The translations under genes and the position numbers were made by a program. Below, one piece after another: positions 1 through 10,926 of a stretch of 64,000 nucleotides of DNA (position 1 is its first letter; each line of letters starts with the position of its first letter). Origin of the DNA: Eukaryota sp. TZLM1-RC (taxonomy: Eukaryota > Protista > Metamonada: BaSk clade); assembly GCA_040285825.1 (NCBI GenBank), contig JAUPSS010000002.1:3884581-3948580 (forward strand), in the 5' to 3' direction. The notes beneath the pieces are model-generated. The model worked only from the letters and a program-made list of their open reading frames with translations. It had not been told where the DNA came from and ran no database searches.

Positions 1-514
1 TGACTTTGGGACTTAGTGATATATTCTGATGTAAAGGTGTAAGGTTGGGATTCAACATCGAGAATTTCTTGAGATTTGTGGGGGAATCATCCTTCATGTT
101 ATGCTCCGTGGTTCTATCAATCGCTGCCGACGTAGGTCTGACGGCTGATCCATGGTGGCTTTCAGTCGGTGAAACTAAGGGCGGCGGAAGGCTGTTGAAG
201 GCAATTTCCTGAATACTGGTAAGTGAAGCACTAAATGGGCACTTACTACATGTTCTCTGTTTGGTTACAGGGGCAGATTGTGGTCTGAGTTGATTAGAAG
301 AAATAGTAGGTGTATCAGGAAACATATTAATCTTTAAACGACTTGAATCTGTGGAATATAGATGGTTAAGTTCATTAGAAAAAGAACGACAAGAAGACCT
401 GAGCTTATCTCTTTCTTCATTGTCATGTTTTGCATATCGTGAAGAATGTTTGTCAATAAGAGCTTGCAGACGTACAGATTCTGTAAGTTTTTGTGTAACA
501 ATTGAGAAAGACAT
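1..514 (-). CDS. Hypothetical protein, 5' part only (runs off window start)
   Basis: Manually translated stop-free minus frame from ATG 514 (MSFSIVTQKLTESVRLQ...RPQSAP...) to base 1; absent from the ORF track because there is no stop in the window. Confidence 0.6.
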   Translation of the reverse strand, partial: MSFSIVTQKLTESVRLQALIDKHSSRYAKHDNEERDKLRSSCRSFSNELNHLYSTDSSRLKINMFPDTPTISSNQLRPQSAPVTKQRTCSKCPFSASLTSIQEIAFNSLPPPLVSPTESHHGSAVRPTSAAIDRTTEHNMKDDSPTNLKKFSMLNPNLTPLHQNISLSPKV

Positions 515-589
515 TGATGAATATGCCACAAATGTCAAATAGTACTAAGTAACCTGTTTAATCTCTCAAATATGTCAGTCGTTGAGATT

Positions 590-1100
590 ACCGGAATATG
601 AAGATGAATCTAGATCTTTTCAAAACTTGAGGTCTTTCATTTACTTCAAGATACTTTTCCACAACATGAATCATATTAAGAACAGCAAATGAAACTTTGG
701 TACAAAGAAGGAAACTTAATCCTGCAAAATATCTGGAATATCTGGATCTGCAGCGAAAGAAAAACATAGAAAATATGACAAAGATATCGAAGAAGGTAAT
801 GCTGATAGAAATACACAACTAGTTTTTTTTGCTTTCCTATTATCGATACACGGAAGACTATCATTAGAAGCAGGAACTTTTTTGAATTATTTTTTAAAAT
901 TGGTTCAACAAAAACAATGAAAAGATTTGATATCCTTTTGTGACGGTCACGAATTCCATTTGCTTTACTTAATAGATTGCCTCAGTTCTTTTATTGAATA
1001 AGAGAAAGCATTCGCAAGAAAACAAGCAGATCAGGATTTTGTAGAGGAAATCTTTGTTCATTGAATTTAGTCCCATTAGTTCTGATTAAATCTTATTAGG
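590..1100 (+). mobile_element. Decayed 3' fragment of RLE non-LTR retrotransposon family A
   Basis: Nucleotide similarity to 44600-45526 (aaagaaaaacatagaaaatatga, gattttgtagaggaaatct, gtcccattagt, ttcaataaatt), with deletions and frameshifts. Confidence 0.8.
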
Positions 1101-1321
1101 TGTTGTCGTTCAATAAATTGAGAATTCTATAGACATCTACACTTCTTGCAAGTGAGTAATCCATGATTATTTAACACTTGAATCATAAAGCTAACCAGGA
1201 ATTCATATGAAAGCATTCTTGGTAATAATGGATCAGATATTTTACTAAAAAATAAAAACAATTCAAGCTAAAAACAAATCTTTATTTAAAATACAATAAA
1301 ATTAATAAAATTATAAGAAAG

Positions 1322-2860
1322 TTAAACTTCACCATTCAAATGTCTCAAAGTAAAGCCATCTGCATTTTTCAAAACAAGAATTCTTGAAAAAACATTCAGT
1401 TCTTTTCCAATTTCTAAATCATTAATACTAATATGACCATCGCCTTTAGGCACCTTTGTCCTTTTTAAAGTCACTCCACCAATATAGCCTGAATTATGCT
1501 GAGGAATTTCAAATAAAGAAATAGTAGAATCCTCGCAATAATAACAAAGAACAAATTTTCTGCCATCAGAATCACCAGCAATTTCAGCCTCAAACCTTAA
1601 AACAGGAGGTTCTTCTCCGTTTATCAGATAATGAGCTTTCTTGACAACAGGTTTAGGCACCAAAGAGACACAATTGGCCAAAGAATCTTCTTCGCTTCCA
1701 ATACCAGAATGTTTAGGAACAGTAAACGTGAGAGTCTTTGGTTTTCTTTCCATTTCTGACCTTTTAATAGTAGGTTTGGGAATGGGATCGGCAAGTGCCA
1801 CGTTGTTATCACGATACCAATCACGTGTGAAGTCATCTACATCATGAATTAAAAACTTCCTATTGTAAACATTAATTTCATTTCCAATTAATAAATCCTT
1901 CCAAGTATAAGTTTCTAATTCCTTGTATGGTTCCTTTTGATTTATATTTTTTGGTAACTTTTGACGTTTTAAAAACTGAGAAGAATCAGCCCGTCCACTG
2001 TTTGCTCCACGCACCTCAACAATTTCCAAAGAATCCTCTGATAAGAAGTAATGAATTTCAAACAATCGCACGTCATCAACAACATCATCCACGTCACGCC
2101 ACGTGGCATAAAAGCAAAGAACTTTGCCATCATATTTTAAAAATCTTCTGAAAGGAATTTCGTCCAAGTTTGGTGTTTTTGTATAAGTTGTGGTATCTTC
2201 CAGCTGTTGCCTAATAACATCAGTATAGCGATCTTGAGGAATTGAGAATGGCCCGGGAACGGAGACACCATTGGATGAAAGGAAATCTCTTGTGGATTTA
2301 TCACAGTCAACCAGCATATAAACCCTTCCAAAGATCTCCAGCTCTTCTCCCACGTTCAATCTCTCCCATGTAATATGAGGAGACAGAGTGGGATCCAGAG
2401 GGGAAGGAACGTTGGGGTAGGCTTTCTGTCGGGAGAGAATGACACCTTGGGGGAGTTGGGAGTTCTCAATGGGAGGTTCGGTAATTTGAAGTGTTTCGTC
2501 ATCGAGGAAGAAGTAGATGAAACACCGACGGACTCGGTACTGCTCAAAGCAAGTTTCAACTACAGGCTCCTTGAAGTAGGCATGGAAACGTAGCACTTTA
2601 CGATCATAGTGTAGGAATGCAGGCTTGGTTTCACCAGTGGGGGTAGAGACTAAACGTTCACGAGAATTCATGGGAGACGGGACATAGTTGGAGTGAAGAG
2701 TATCCATGCCGATTCCAGGAACGTCTTTCATGCGAGGACAACCATCATTGATATCAAAGATGTGAGATTTATGGAAAGAAGTTTGGCGCATTTTATCAGC
2801 AAAGGATGTGCCTGGTAGATGTGGAAGAGAAGTATCCAGTCTACGAGTGTGTTGACTCAT
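1322..2860 (-). CDS. EFHC1: EFHC1/Rib72-like axonemal microtubule inner protein (three DM10 domains, no C-terminal EF-hand visible)
   Basis: N-terminal LPHLPGTSF..FHKSH; three DM10 repeats beginning YDRKVLRFHAYF, YDGKVLCFYA, VLRFEA; GIGSEEDSLANC motif. Confidence 0.9.
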   Translation of the reverse strand: MSQHTRRLDTSLPHLPGTSFADKMRQTSFHKSHIFDINDGCPRMKDVPGIGMDTLHSNYVPSPMNSRERLVSTPTGETKPAFLHYDRKVLRFHAYFKEPVVETCFEQYRVRRCFIYFFLDDETLQITEPPIENSQLPQGVILSRQKAYPNVPSPLDPTLSPHITWERLNVGEELEIFGRVYMLVDCDKSTRDFLSSNGVSVPGPFSIPQDRYTDVIRQQLEDTTTYTKTPNLDEIPFRRFLKYDGKVLCFYATWRDVDDVVDDVRLFEIHYFLSEDSLEIVEVRGANSGRADSSQFLKRQKLPKNINQKEPYKELETYTWKDLLIGNEINVYNRKFLIHDVDDFTRDWYRDNNVALADPIPKPTIKRSEMERKPKTLTFTVPKHSGIGSEEDSLANCVSLVPKPVVKKAHYLINGEEPPVLRFEAEIAGDSDGRKFVLCYYCEDSTISLFEIPQHNSGYIGGVTLKRTKVPKGDGHISINDLEIGKELNVFSRILVLKNADGFTLRHLNGEV

Positions 2861-2935
2861 TCTTACAGATATTGTCTATACCAATTAAGAGAGACTGATT
2901 TTCTGTGAGGTGGACGATTTTCTCCTTGATATCGT

Positions 2936-3355
2936 TTTTTGAACTTTCATCAACCCCGGCTCTTTGTAGGTAAACGGGTCTATCTCCACCTTTTACATGT
3001 GCTTCCATTACTGCCAACATAATCAGCGAAGCATTTCTCATGTTTTACACTCGGTAAGCCCGTGACGAATAGACATCTCATGCCTCTTCCATGGACTTGA
3101 ATTTCTGCATCATCAGAATACTTCAACTGTTTTCTCTGCTTTTTGCAGTTGAAACAACAACAACTGGTTCAAAACTGATCAATTCAAAAGACCATATAAC
3201 TATCCTTTCTAAATAAAATTCTCAGCCCTTTTCTTTTGGTAGGTTCTTTGGATTTCTTGTGTTTTCGTTGTTCCCAGTCTCCGATTCCAATAACTACTTT
3301 TCTGGGATTACCAATTACTGATTCGAATCTCTGGATCATCTTTGTCTCAGATCTT
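2936..3355 (-). pseudogene. Fanzor1 (eukaryotic TnpB) C-terminal remnant, family A copy 1
   Basis: Minus frames give VVIGIGDWEQRKH..KEPTK, degenerate RuvC-II/ZnF IDQF*TSCCCFNC, and IRHGL..C/NASL...GDRPVYLQRA; clearly similar to 14478-14830; stops and frameshifts. Confidence 0.8.
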
Positions 3356-3815
3356 CAAAAAGCCTCATAGTCATTAACTCATGCCATACCATAAAAAGAG
3401 GATTTACTTCAAAAAAGGACTTGTTCTTCTTATTTTGAGATCAAGGTGTCCCAAGGTAGTTGCATCATAGTATAACAGCATAAATTCTAAAGAAAAAAAG
3501 TTAAAAAAAGAAGTGCGGCTGTGCAAAAATCAGGGACAGGTGAAGAAGTTGAAATCAGGGAGTTAGAATATGGTGTTCCTTAATACTTAGTGTAATTAAA
3601 TTTATTAGTCTTGGAATAGGGAATTCTTCCAGATAACAAAATTTGAATATTTTGCACATGGTTACAAGTTGAGATCAAACAAGACAGATGATTTATTGTC
3701 AAATTACTAAAGTGCATTTTCAGGAAAAACTACCCAAGAAATTAGGTTGTTAAAAAAATATAACAAATTTATACACAAATCCGCAAAACTATACAAAAAC
3801 TAAAAAAAACACACC

Positions 3816-6800
3816 TTATGGCTCTTTTTTCAACTCCTCCAATTCAAACGCTGCTTGATACAGAGGATTCGAGAATGGATCCAATCTAGTTGCATTATCC
3901 TTCACTAACCTCTTGAAAAAAAACTTATACCGTTGAAACAAAATTTCAACAAGTGATAAAACAAACCCAACAGCACCAGTAACTCCAGCCGAAGCTCCCA
4001 GTGCATTAGAAAAGAATGATGCCAGAGTCTCCTTATCTCGAAGTTCAGTAATCAAAACAAACGGAGATTCATCAAAAATAAGCAAGACGGAGAGCCCCGA
4101 ATTGTAAGCAAAATCAGAACTTGAAACCAAGTCACCAAACTCCCGTGATTCAAGATTTAAATGATAGCCAGATTGTTGGGAACTGTCTCGAGAATGATCG
4201 ATAAATAAACTTTTAATTGCTTCATACCTAAAAACTGTAGGGTGTGAACCCCTAAACAACATTTGTACTGGGGCATTCAAATGAGAAGACACAACTGAAT
4301 GACCAAAAGGAAGGCTTGACGAGGATGAAACATTGAGATCCAAAGAAAAGGCAAATGCTCGTGGATCGGTTAGTGCAATTTCCAAGGAAGAGTGTACAGA
4401 AGTTAGTAGACACTTTTTCAACCGAATGTCGATCAAACAATTGCTAGTGTTGGTTCCTGCAACAAAACTAGTGCTGGTTAAAGTTTTTTCACATCTCATA
4501 GACGAGAAATCAAGATTTACAAAAGAAGAGAGACAAACTCCTTGATAGCCTTGAACTAATAACGAAATATTGGTATTGAATTCGAAATTTTCATCAATCA
4601 AAAAGGTTGGCTCCATCGTTCTAAGGTAAGTATGATTATCAAAAACAAATTGAGTCAACAAAACCGCTACCAGGCCAAGAGTGATGAGGATAAACCAACA
4701 AGTGAATAGTCTTCCAAGTTTGGTTTTTCTTCTAATGATTACACTATCGAGTTCAACATAATGACTTCTTGAAAAAATATCAATCGGCAGAATCTTGCTA
4801 GCTCGTTTGCCTAAAATAAAGGCAAAAACGGTTATTGAGATGGCTAGAAATGAACCAATTGACAAAATTGTGAGAGAAACAGAAGATACTAAACTTACAT
4901 TATCATCTGGTAGTGAAGGTTGAAGAGACCCGTACCTACTATAAGAAGACATGTTGCTCATGGGAAAAGTGCTTCCAACTGGACAAAAATCATCCAAATT
5001 ACAGGGGAAACATTCAAAGGAACCTCTATATGGTTGATAAGTACCTTCTTCACACGGTATACAAGACTCAATACCAACAGCAGAATAACTAGTTGAGTAA
5101 AAACCACGAGGGCATGGTAGGCAAACAGAGCCAGTTGCAGTAGAAGTACCATAATATCCTGGATCACAAGGTTCACATAGGTTCCCGTTAGAGGAGTTTG
5201 TCGTTTGTCTACTTCCTGGCTGACAGTCAAGGGTACACTCTAATCCTCTAGTGGTGAAATCATTGCAGGTGAATTGTCTTTCAAATAAAGTATTAGTCCC
5301 AAAACCATCTATTGAAAGACTTGAAGCAACACGAGAGCCACCAAAAACAAAAACAGAATTGCCAATGGCAGCTGTTGAGAATGATAATGATTCAAATAAA
5401 TGATCATGAAAATATTCAAAATTCAAAACTTTAATTGGATCTGTGTCACTAAGTGTTCCTAATTTAAGAAAAGAAATCCTGCCCACATAAGCATCCCACA
5501 TTACTCCACCAAATAAGAAAACATTATCTCCAAATACAATTGGGGTAAAAGAGTTAGTGGGAATGGAAGGTGAAATAAAAACCAACGATTGATTAAACCA
5601 AATATTTTCAGTAGAATCGTCTAAATTGAGTTTGTAAATGTAATCCTGGTTAGCTGTCCATTGACTACTCCTCCCTCCCAACAAAGCCAAATAGCTTGGT
5701 TCACCAGCAATGGTGACTAGGCCACAACTATCCAATGGAGGTGGGATATGGGAAGATGGATGAATATCAATAAGTTTCCATTCTCCAGTGGGTAGGTTTA
5801 GAGTGTACAAACTATCGCTCAATCCACCAGAAGTTTGACCTCCATACACGTATACAAGGTTAAAATGACGTGCACAACAGGAAAAAGCTCGGGGAGTGGG
5901 GCGTTCTCCAAACGTTTCCAAAACAGTCCATTCCGCAGTTAGAGTGTTAAAAACATAGACTTCACTAGTGAGCACTTCGTCAACCCTACCTCCAAAAGAG
6001 ATTAAACGGCTGCCAAACCCCAGTAGACAATGTCCTTCCAGAATAGGAGCCACAAAGGAAGAGGTGACTTCTTGAAAGGACCATTGTTGGAAATCAAGAT
6101 CGAAATAGTAAACACTGGTTTCTCTTGAACTTGAGGATTGACGAAAACCACCAGTAAAATAAATTTTACTTGCTATGGTAACACTTTGATGTGATGCAAC
6201 TGAAGGGGGAACAGCAAAGTGGTCTCCTAGAGTTTGGAAGAAAATCACATCATCATTGGTCCAAAAAGAATCAGTTTCAATCAAAAATAATGTATTCAAG
6301 ACACCAATATCAAAATAACCCCCAAAAACAATGATTTGATTGCCGTAAATCACGCTAACTGTTGAATCTACCGCAAATTCTCTAATCTCATTACTCATTT
6401 TGTATGATACCCAATACCATTGATTAAAATCTAAAGAATTAAAGGTCCTCAATACTTGAATTTTATCTGAACTTTGTTGTTTGTCTCGGAGCCAACCTCC
6501 TATTATTATAAAGTTACCAGAATCATCAAAAAGAGTTGAAGTTAGATAAGTTCCAAATGAACCATTCAGACAAGGAGTTAGATCAATCAAATCCGCTGTA
6601 AACGTCATAAGATCAGAATCATTTGATTGATTGATGGTAATCAGCCACGTGTCATTTTTATCAGACTGTGTGGCACTAGCAGCTACGTGTGTCCTCCCGG
6701 AAAATAACAACACACTAGATTTATGAAAAGGAAGGGTAGCAATGTTTGGGAGTTGCCGAGTAGAAAAGACGTCATCAGAGAGGATAGTGACACTGTGCCA

Positions 6801-7319
6801 CGTGGCAGATTCAAAGTCGAGTAACCAGATATCAGCCAGAAACCCAGATAAACTTCCACCTGACGTTAGAAAACCATATTCCTTTCCATTAACTTCAATG
6901 GTTGTACAAGAAGAACGACGTCTTCTCCCAGGGGATATTGAAGTTGAAATGGGAGTCCAAACAAACTGTTCATATGCCCATCTGTAGAGCACATCAGAAT
7001 CAGAGCCAACAGAATCTACACCTCCGTATTGAAAAAGATAGGGTCCATGTTTCCAAAGACAACCTTCAGAATGGGGGACATCGGATAAAGATGGCAATTG
7101 TTGATAAACATAACTGGTAAGATTAAGTGTCCAGAGATCTGGTATTGGTGCATTAAACGGGTCAAGACCACCAAAAATGTAAGCAAGATCATCATCGATT
7201 ACAATTCTAGACAATTGTCGAGGTGCAGGAGGTGTGCGAGTAGGCGGAATTGATTTCCATGGATCAGCTAATGCAAGAGAAAGTAGCAGATTAGATATAA
7301 TAAAAAAGCATATCTTCAT
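3816..7319 (-). CDS. Surface membrane protein: signal peptide, multiple Kelch repeats, Cys-rich GCC2/GCC3-like repeats, about 3 TM helices
   Basis: Hydrophobic N-terminus; repeated (Y/V)xFGG...W Kelch motifs; CxPCxxGxY repeats; hydrophobic segments in the C-terminal third. Confidence 0.8.
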   Translation of the reverse strand: MKICFFIISNLLLSLALADPWKSIPPTRTPPAPRQLSRIVIDDDLAYIFGGLDPFNAPIPDLWTLNLTSYVYQQLPSLSDVPHSEGCLWKHGPYLFQYGGVDSVGSDSDVLYRWAYEQFVWTPISTSISPGRRRRSSCTTIEVNGKEYGFLTSGGSLSGFLADIWLLDFESATWHSVTILSDDVFSTRQLPNIATLPFHKSSVLLFSGRTHVAASATQSDKNDTWLITINQSNDSDLMTFTADLIDLTPCLNGSFGTYLTSTLFDDSGNFIIIGGWLRDKQQSSDKIQVLRTFNSLDFNQWYWVSYKMSNEIREFAVDSTVSVIYGNQIIVFGGYFDIGVLNTLFLIETDSFWTNDDVIFFQTLGDHFAVPPSVASHQSVTIASKIYFTGGFRQSSSSRETSVYYFDLDFQQWSFQEVTSSFVAPILEGHCLLGFGSRLISFGGRVDEVLTSEVYVFNTLTAEWTVLETFGERPTPRAFSCCARHFNLVYVYGGQTSGGLSDSLYTLNLPTGEWKLIDIHPSSHIPPPLDSCGLVTIAGEPSYLALLGGRSSQWTANQDYIYKLNLDDSTENIWFNQSLVFISPSIPTNSFTPIVFGDNVFLFGGVMWDAYVGRISFLKLGTLSDTDPIKVLNFEYFHDHLFESLSFSTAAIGNSVFVFGGSRVASSLSIDGFGTNTLFERQFTCNDFTTRGLECTLDCQPGSRQTTNSSNGNLCEPCDPGYYGTSTATGSVCLPCPRGFYSTSYSAVGIESCIPCEEGTYQPYRGSFECFPCNLDDFCPVGSTFPMSNMSSYSRYGSLQPSLPDDNVSLVSSVSLTILSIGSFLAISITVFAFILGKRASKILPIDIFSRSHYVELDSVIIRRKTKLGRLFTCWFILITLGLVAVLLTQFVFDNHTYLRTMEPTFLIDENFEFNTNISLLVQGYQGVCLSSFVNLDFSSMRCEKTLTSTSFVAGTNTSNCLIDIRLKKCLLTSVHSSLEIALTDPRAFAFSLDLNVSSSSSLPFGHSVVSSHLNAPVQMLFRGSHPTVFRYEAIKSLFIDHSRDSSQQSGYHLNLESREFGDLVSSSDFAYNSGLSVLLIFDESPFVLITELRDKETLASFFSNALGASAGVTGAVGFVLSLVEILFQRYKFFFKRLVKDNATRLDPFSNPLYQAAFELEELKKEP

Positions 7320-7406
7320 GTATCAAAATAACCAGAGATTTTGTACTGTGATATTCACTTATCATACATTCCCCTGTGAAATTCACTCCTGTTTTCAACT
7401 TTCTCA

Positions 7407-7618
7407 ATGTCTACTCACAGGCTGTAAGAGACATGTAGCGTCATTTGACAAAGACAATCATGATTTTCATCAATGGGCTACCTCACTTAAATACACCTAC
7501 TGCTTTCACAGAACAAAGCCTCGTGACTTGATGTATCTAAGTGGATCTACCAAATGCTACTAAGGTATTTGTAGATCGGTCTCAGAAGTTTTAGTTTCTG
7601 TATGCTCAGGTTCCCCAT
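7407..7618 (-). ncRNA. Candidate Fanzor omegaRNA scaffold
   Basis: Four abutting stem-loops plus a small fifth directly 3' of the Fanzor stop codon: 7544-7577, 7484-7543 (nested GCTTT/AAAGC), 7435-7481, 7407-7434, 7583-7600. Confidence 0.6.
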
Positions 7619-8095
7619 TCATCTCCTCAACAGAGCTTCTGTGCAAATGTATCTTTCCGGCCACAATTCCGCTTTTTTCTTAATTTGAATATTTTTTGCA
7701 GCGGAAATATCTCTGTCATATACTATTTGACACTCAGTACAAATATGCATCTGCCATGATCCTGCTTGAATATTCTCGGCCTCGCAACAACTTGACAGTT
7801 TGCTTGTATTAAATTCACTGGTTGACAAGCGCCTCACGTCCTTTTGATAACACAACCATTTTCTGAAAGCTCTTGCTGATCCATATCGATTGACTTTTCG
7901 GCAATGAGAAGGGAAATTAGCAGAACCCACAGCAAGATAGAGTTTATCAGGATGTCCTGCCAGCCTTTGAAATTTGTTGAGAGTCTCTCTGACCCGTCTC
8001 TCTTTTCGTCTGCGGTTATCAAATTTAATTATTTTCCATTTCTGGCGATTACTTTCCAAATACACTTTCCTCCTGACCAAATTCCAATGGTTCAA
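7619..8095 (-). pseudogene. Fanzor1/TnpB C-terminal half (family B), N-terminally truncated
   Basis: LYLAVGSANF, RuvC-II SEFNTSKLSSCC, zinc finger CTEC and RuvC-III YDRDISAAKNI; no RuvC-I DPG motif in the ORF. Confidence 0.85.
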
Positions 8096-8339
8096 ATATT
8101 GGTTGAAATTTTGAACGGAATATTGGTTGGGAGAGTGTTTACTGGGTGAAGTATTTGTCCTGTACCTCCTGCCAGTTGGACAAGGAATAACTCCAATCTA
8201 TCATTGTCTGATTGTATTAGATTTGATTCCTAATAATTAGAGTGAAAGTTAAGCAAACTTTTGTCTGATTTGACCAACCTAGGGTCAACCTACGGTCTTT
8301 TGACCAACCTATCAATGTGTCGGATGGTTCGTTCACACA

Positions 8340-8971
8340 CAGGAATGACTAAAGTGATAAAGTACTTTAGTCACTTTACTTTAACTCTTTTTTTCAATAA
8401 ATTGATGACTTCTATGCACTTCTGACGATACTCTAGGACAACCTCAAACATCAGTTAGATATTGTGACTACTTTTTTGAACACAGAAGATGAAAAAAGTA
8501 CATTTACTCAGAAACTCATCAAAAACTGATTGGAAACTACATGTAAACACTTGGTACACAAGATAATTGCGTAAATCTGCAACCTTTCGGCCGTTGATGG
8601 TGTCAGCAGACCCTATTTGGTTGCATACTGGTACTGGCCTTTTAGGGAAGAGGTCAGGTATATAGTGTCCTTCCATTGCCCAACGATTTACCGAATAAGT
8701 TTCATGGCAAAGCACTGAAAGCGCGCACAAGTTTTTGAAAGCACTTCGTTAAGCCTACAGTCATTTGTCCATGCCTCACAAGGAAGTGAAATCATCAGAT
8801 GCAAAGTTTGTAACACAAAAAAATGAAGAGAAAATAAGGGGGAGGAAAGATTGGGAGCTGTCACTACTTTATTTCACTTTAAGCAACTTTACTGCATAAA
8901 GTATAAAGAATAAAATAAAGCAGCAATAAAGCACTTGAATTTCATATTTTGGACCAATTTAGTCATCCCTG
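8340..8971 (-). mobile_element. Non-autonomous hAT-type element (MITE, 632 bp)
   Basis: Imperfect TIRs CAGGAATGACTAAAGTG / CAGGGATGACTAAATTG; perfect 8-bp TSD TTCACACA (8332-8339, 8972-8979); many AAAGT/ACTTT subterminal motifs; internal remnant similar to 14060-14300. Confidence 0.88.
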
Positions 8972-10926
8972 TTCACACATATGTTCACATAGTCAGTAAA
9001 ATTTATATTATTTTACAGAAACATAACTGACGAACTTTATGAAGCTATCACTTTGCTCAAATAGATTAGGGAGGCGACATTGTTAAAAAAGGGTCTTGTA
9101 ACACACTTTCTGCCTTCGGCTTCACAGGATCTTGGTCTTACAGGGTTTTTACCCATTGAAGGGGTTCAGTGTCCTTACGTTTAAGTTGTTTTTTTTTGGT
9201 TTTTGATTGCAAAAAATTAAACACAAAATCATGAGTCAACGTATCTCACATTCATTTTGTCCTTTTGTTTTTGAATGTTAAATTATATACCAATGGAGGC
9301 AGTATTAATATTCCATCTCGGCTGCCATACAAATTTCACCATTTGGCTTGGGGACTTCCTTCCCAGAATCGTCTTGAGCGAAGTGTTCTTCTTCACCGTT
9401 TGAAACAATTCCCATTTATGGAAAGTTTTTATTGCACCTTCCGGTCCATAAATTGATTGTAGCGTTTTCTGCAATTTTCCGTTAGAGACTTTCTTAAACT
9501 TGTTGAAGAGACATTGGATCAGAAGTAAAAAGTTGTGGAACAATTTCGGTGTACACCAATTAATGAGCCAAATTTAAGTTGGTTGAACCGAGATAATTTG
9601 GATTTCTACCACTGTCGTTGTGAATGCAAAAATATCTTGCACAAAATGGGTCAACATAGTCAAGGGATGACGTAGTACAGGAATGGAAAAGCAGAAATCT
9701 AATGATATTTCTTCATTGGAGCAGTGAATTTAGTAAACACTCCACATTTGTTTTCTTTATTTCAGTTGTTAAACATCTTAGAATGACCATTCTCAAACTT
9801 TGGCAATCGCGAAACCGCATATCACAAGGACTGTTTTGCTCAGCAAGAAATGATGATGAAGTAATTGTTTATGATGAAAGTTTTTTTTGATTATGTTTGA
9901 GTACAAACAAGTAAAAATATAATTTATTTTATTCATAATTTATTTCTTCAGATTTTGAAACCAAAGCTAATTTAAATTAATTCTTTTCCCATTTTTGATG
10001 CAGTTGCAAAGCCGTCACCGCATTATCTTCACTACTTTCAATGCAACTTTCTTTACCTTCCTTATGTCACATATTTTCAATTCTTCGGCAAATCAGAGAC
10101 TTAAAGATTGTAGCAAGTTTTTCAATAGATGTTGGGTAATTTTCTAAATGAAAAAGGTTTAAATTGGATAAATGTATTATTTGATGAGCCTATTGATATA
10201 AAATCTTGTGCATATATTGAAAGAATTGAATCACCAAAATTGCCAAATTTAAAAATCTTTAGCATCGAGTAATTCCCCCCATTTCATGCTACCGCTTGGT
10301 GATCGGCAACAACGCTGTTTAATGCATTTTCTAGAACAAATCGATAGAGTTGCAACTCGCTACATGACTAACTACAATTGCAGCATAATTGTCCATCAAA
10401 GATGAGGATTCACTTAAACAACCACCTTGTCACAAAGTAGGCCTTACAGAAAGTCATCACAAACCATTTTAACCAAAACCTCAACATTGTGAAACACGTT
10501 ATGTTGTTAGAATACCATTCCCAAAACTTGACAGAGCAAGTCAACATCTTCACTTTTGAGATGCTTTTCATAATTTTGTATTAGAGTCAAACTGACAGTT
10601 GCTTTTAGTAATTAGTGAGAAATCACCTCTAGCAACTAATTAACCATTCAATTCCACAAAACTGTGACTGTAATTTCAAACACTATGCATCTTCAACATT
10701 GTTAAATTTTTGTTTGTTCTATTGTGATCATTGTTCTAAATGTTTGATTTTATGTTAAACCATTTAAACAAACCAAAAACCAAAATTGAGCAAACAACTA
10801 GTGTGTAGAACATTTATACCTTTTTCAGATGATTAGTGGTGTTTTCAAGAATTTATGATATCCTTCGCCTATTTCATGACATATATTTCATGTCTTCTGT
10901 TGCCGTTGGGCATTATGCTAGCTGGA

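Noticed and set aside
7234-7563. 109-aa plus-strand ORF
   Set aside because: Overlaps the Kelch gene start and the hairpin cluster in antisense, has a GTG start and no recognisable motif
9000-10926. Possible decayed gene or transposase (QPRWN resembles hAT RW motif)
   Set aside because: Only short broken ORFs, no matching TIR or TSD found; cannot be supported
10895-10926. A-box-like TAGCATAATG next to the putative short LTR, suggesting a tRNA target
   Set aside because: No B-box (GTTCRA) or cloverleaf downstream
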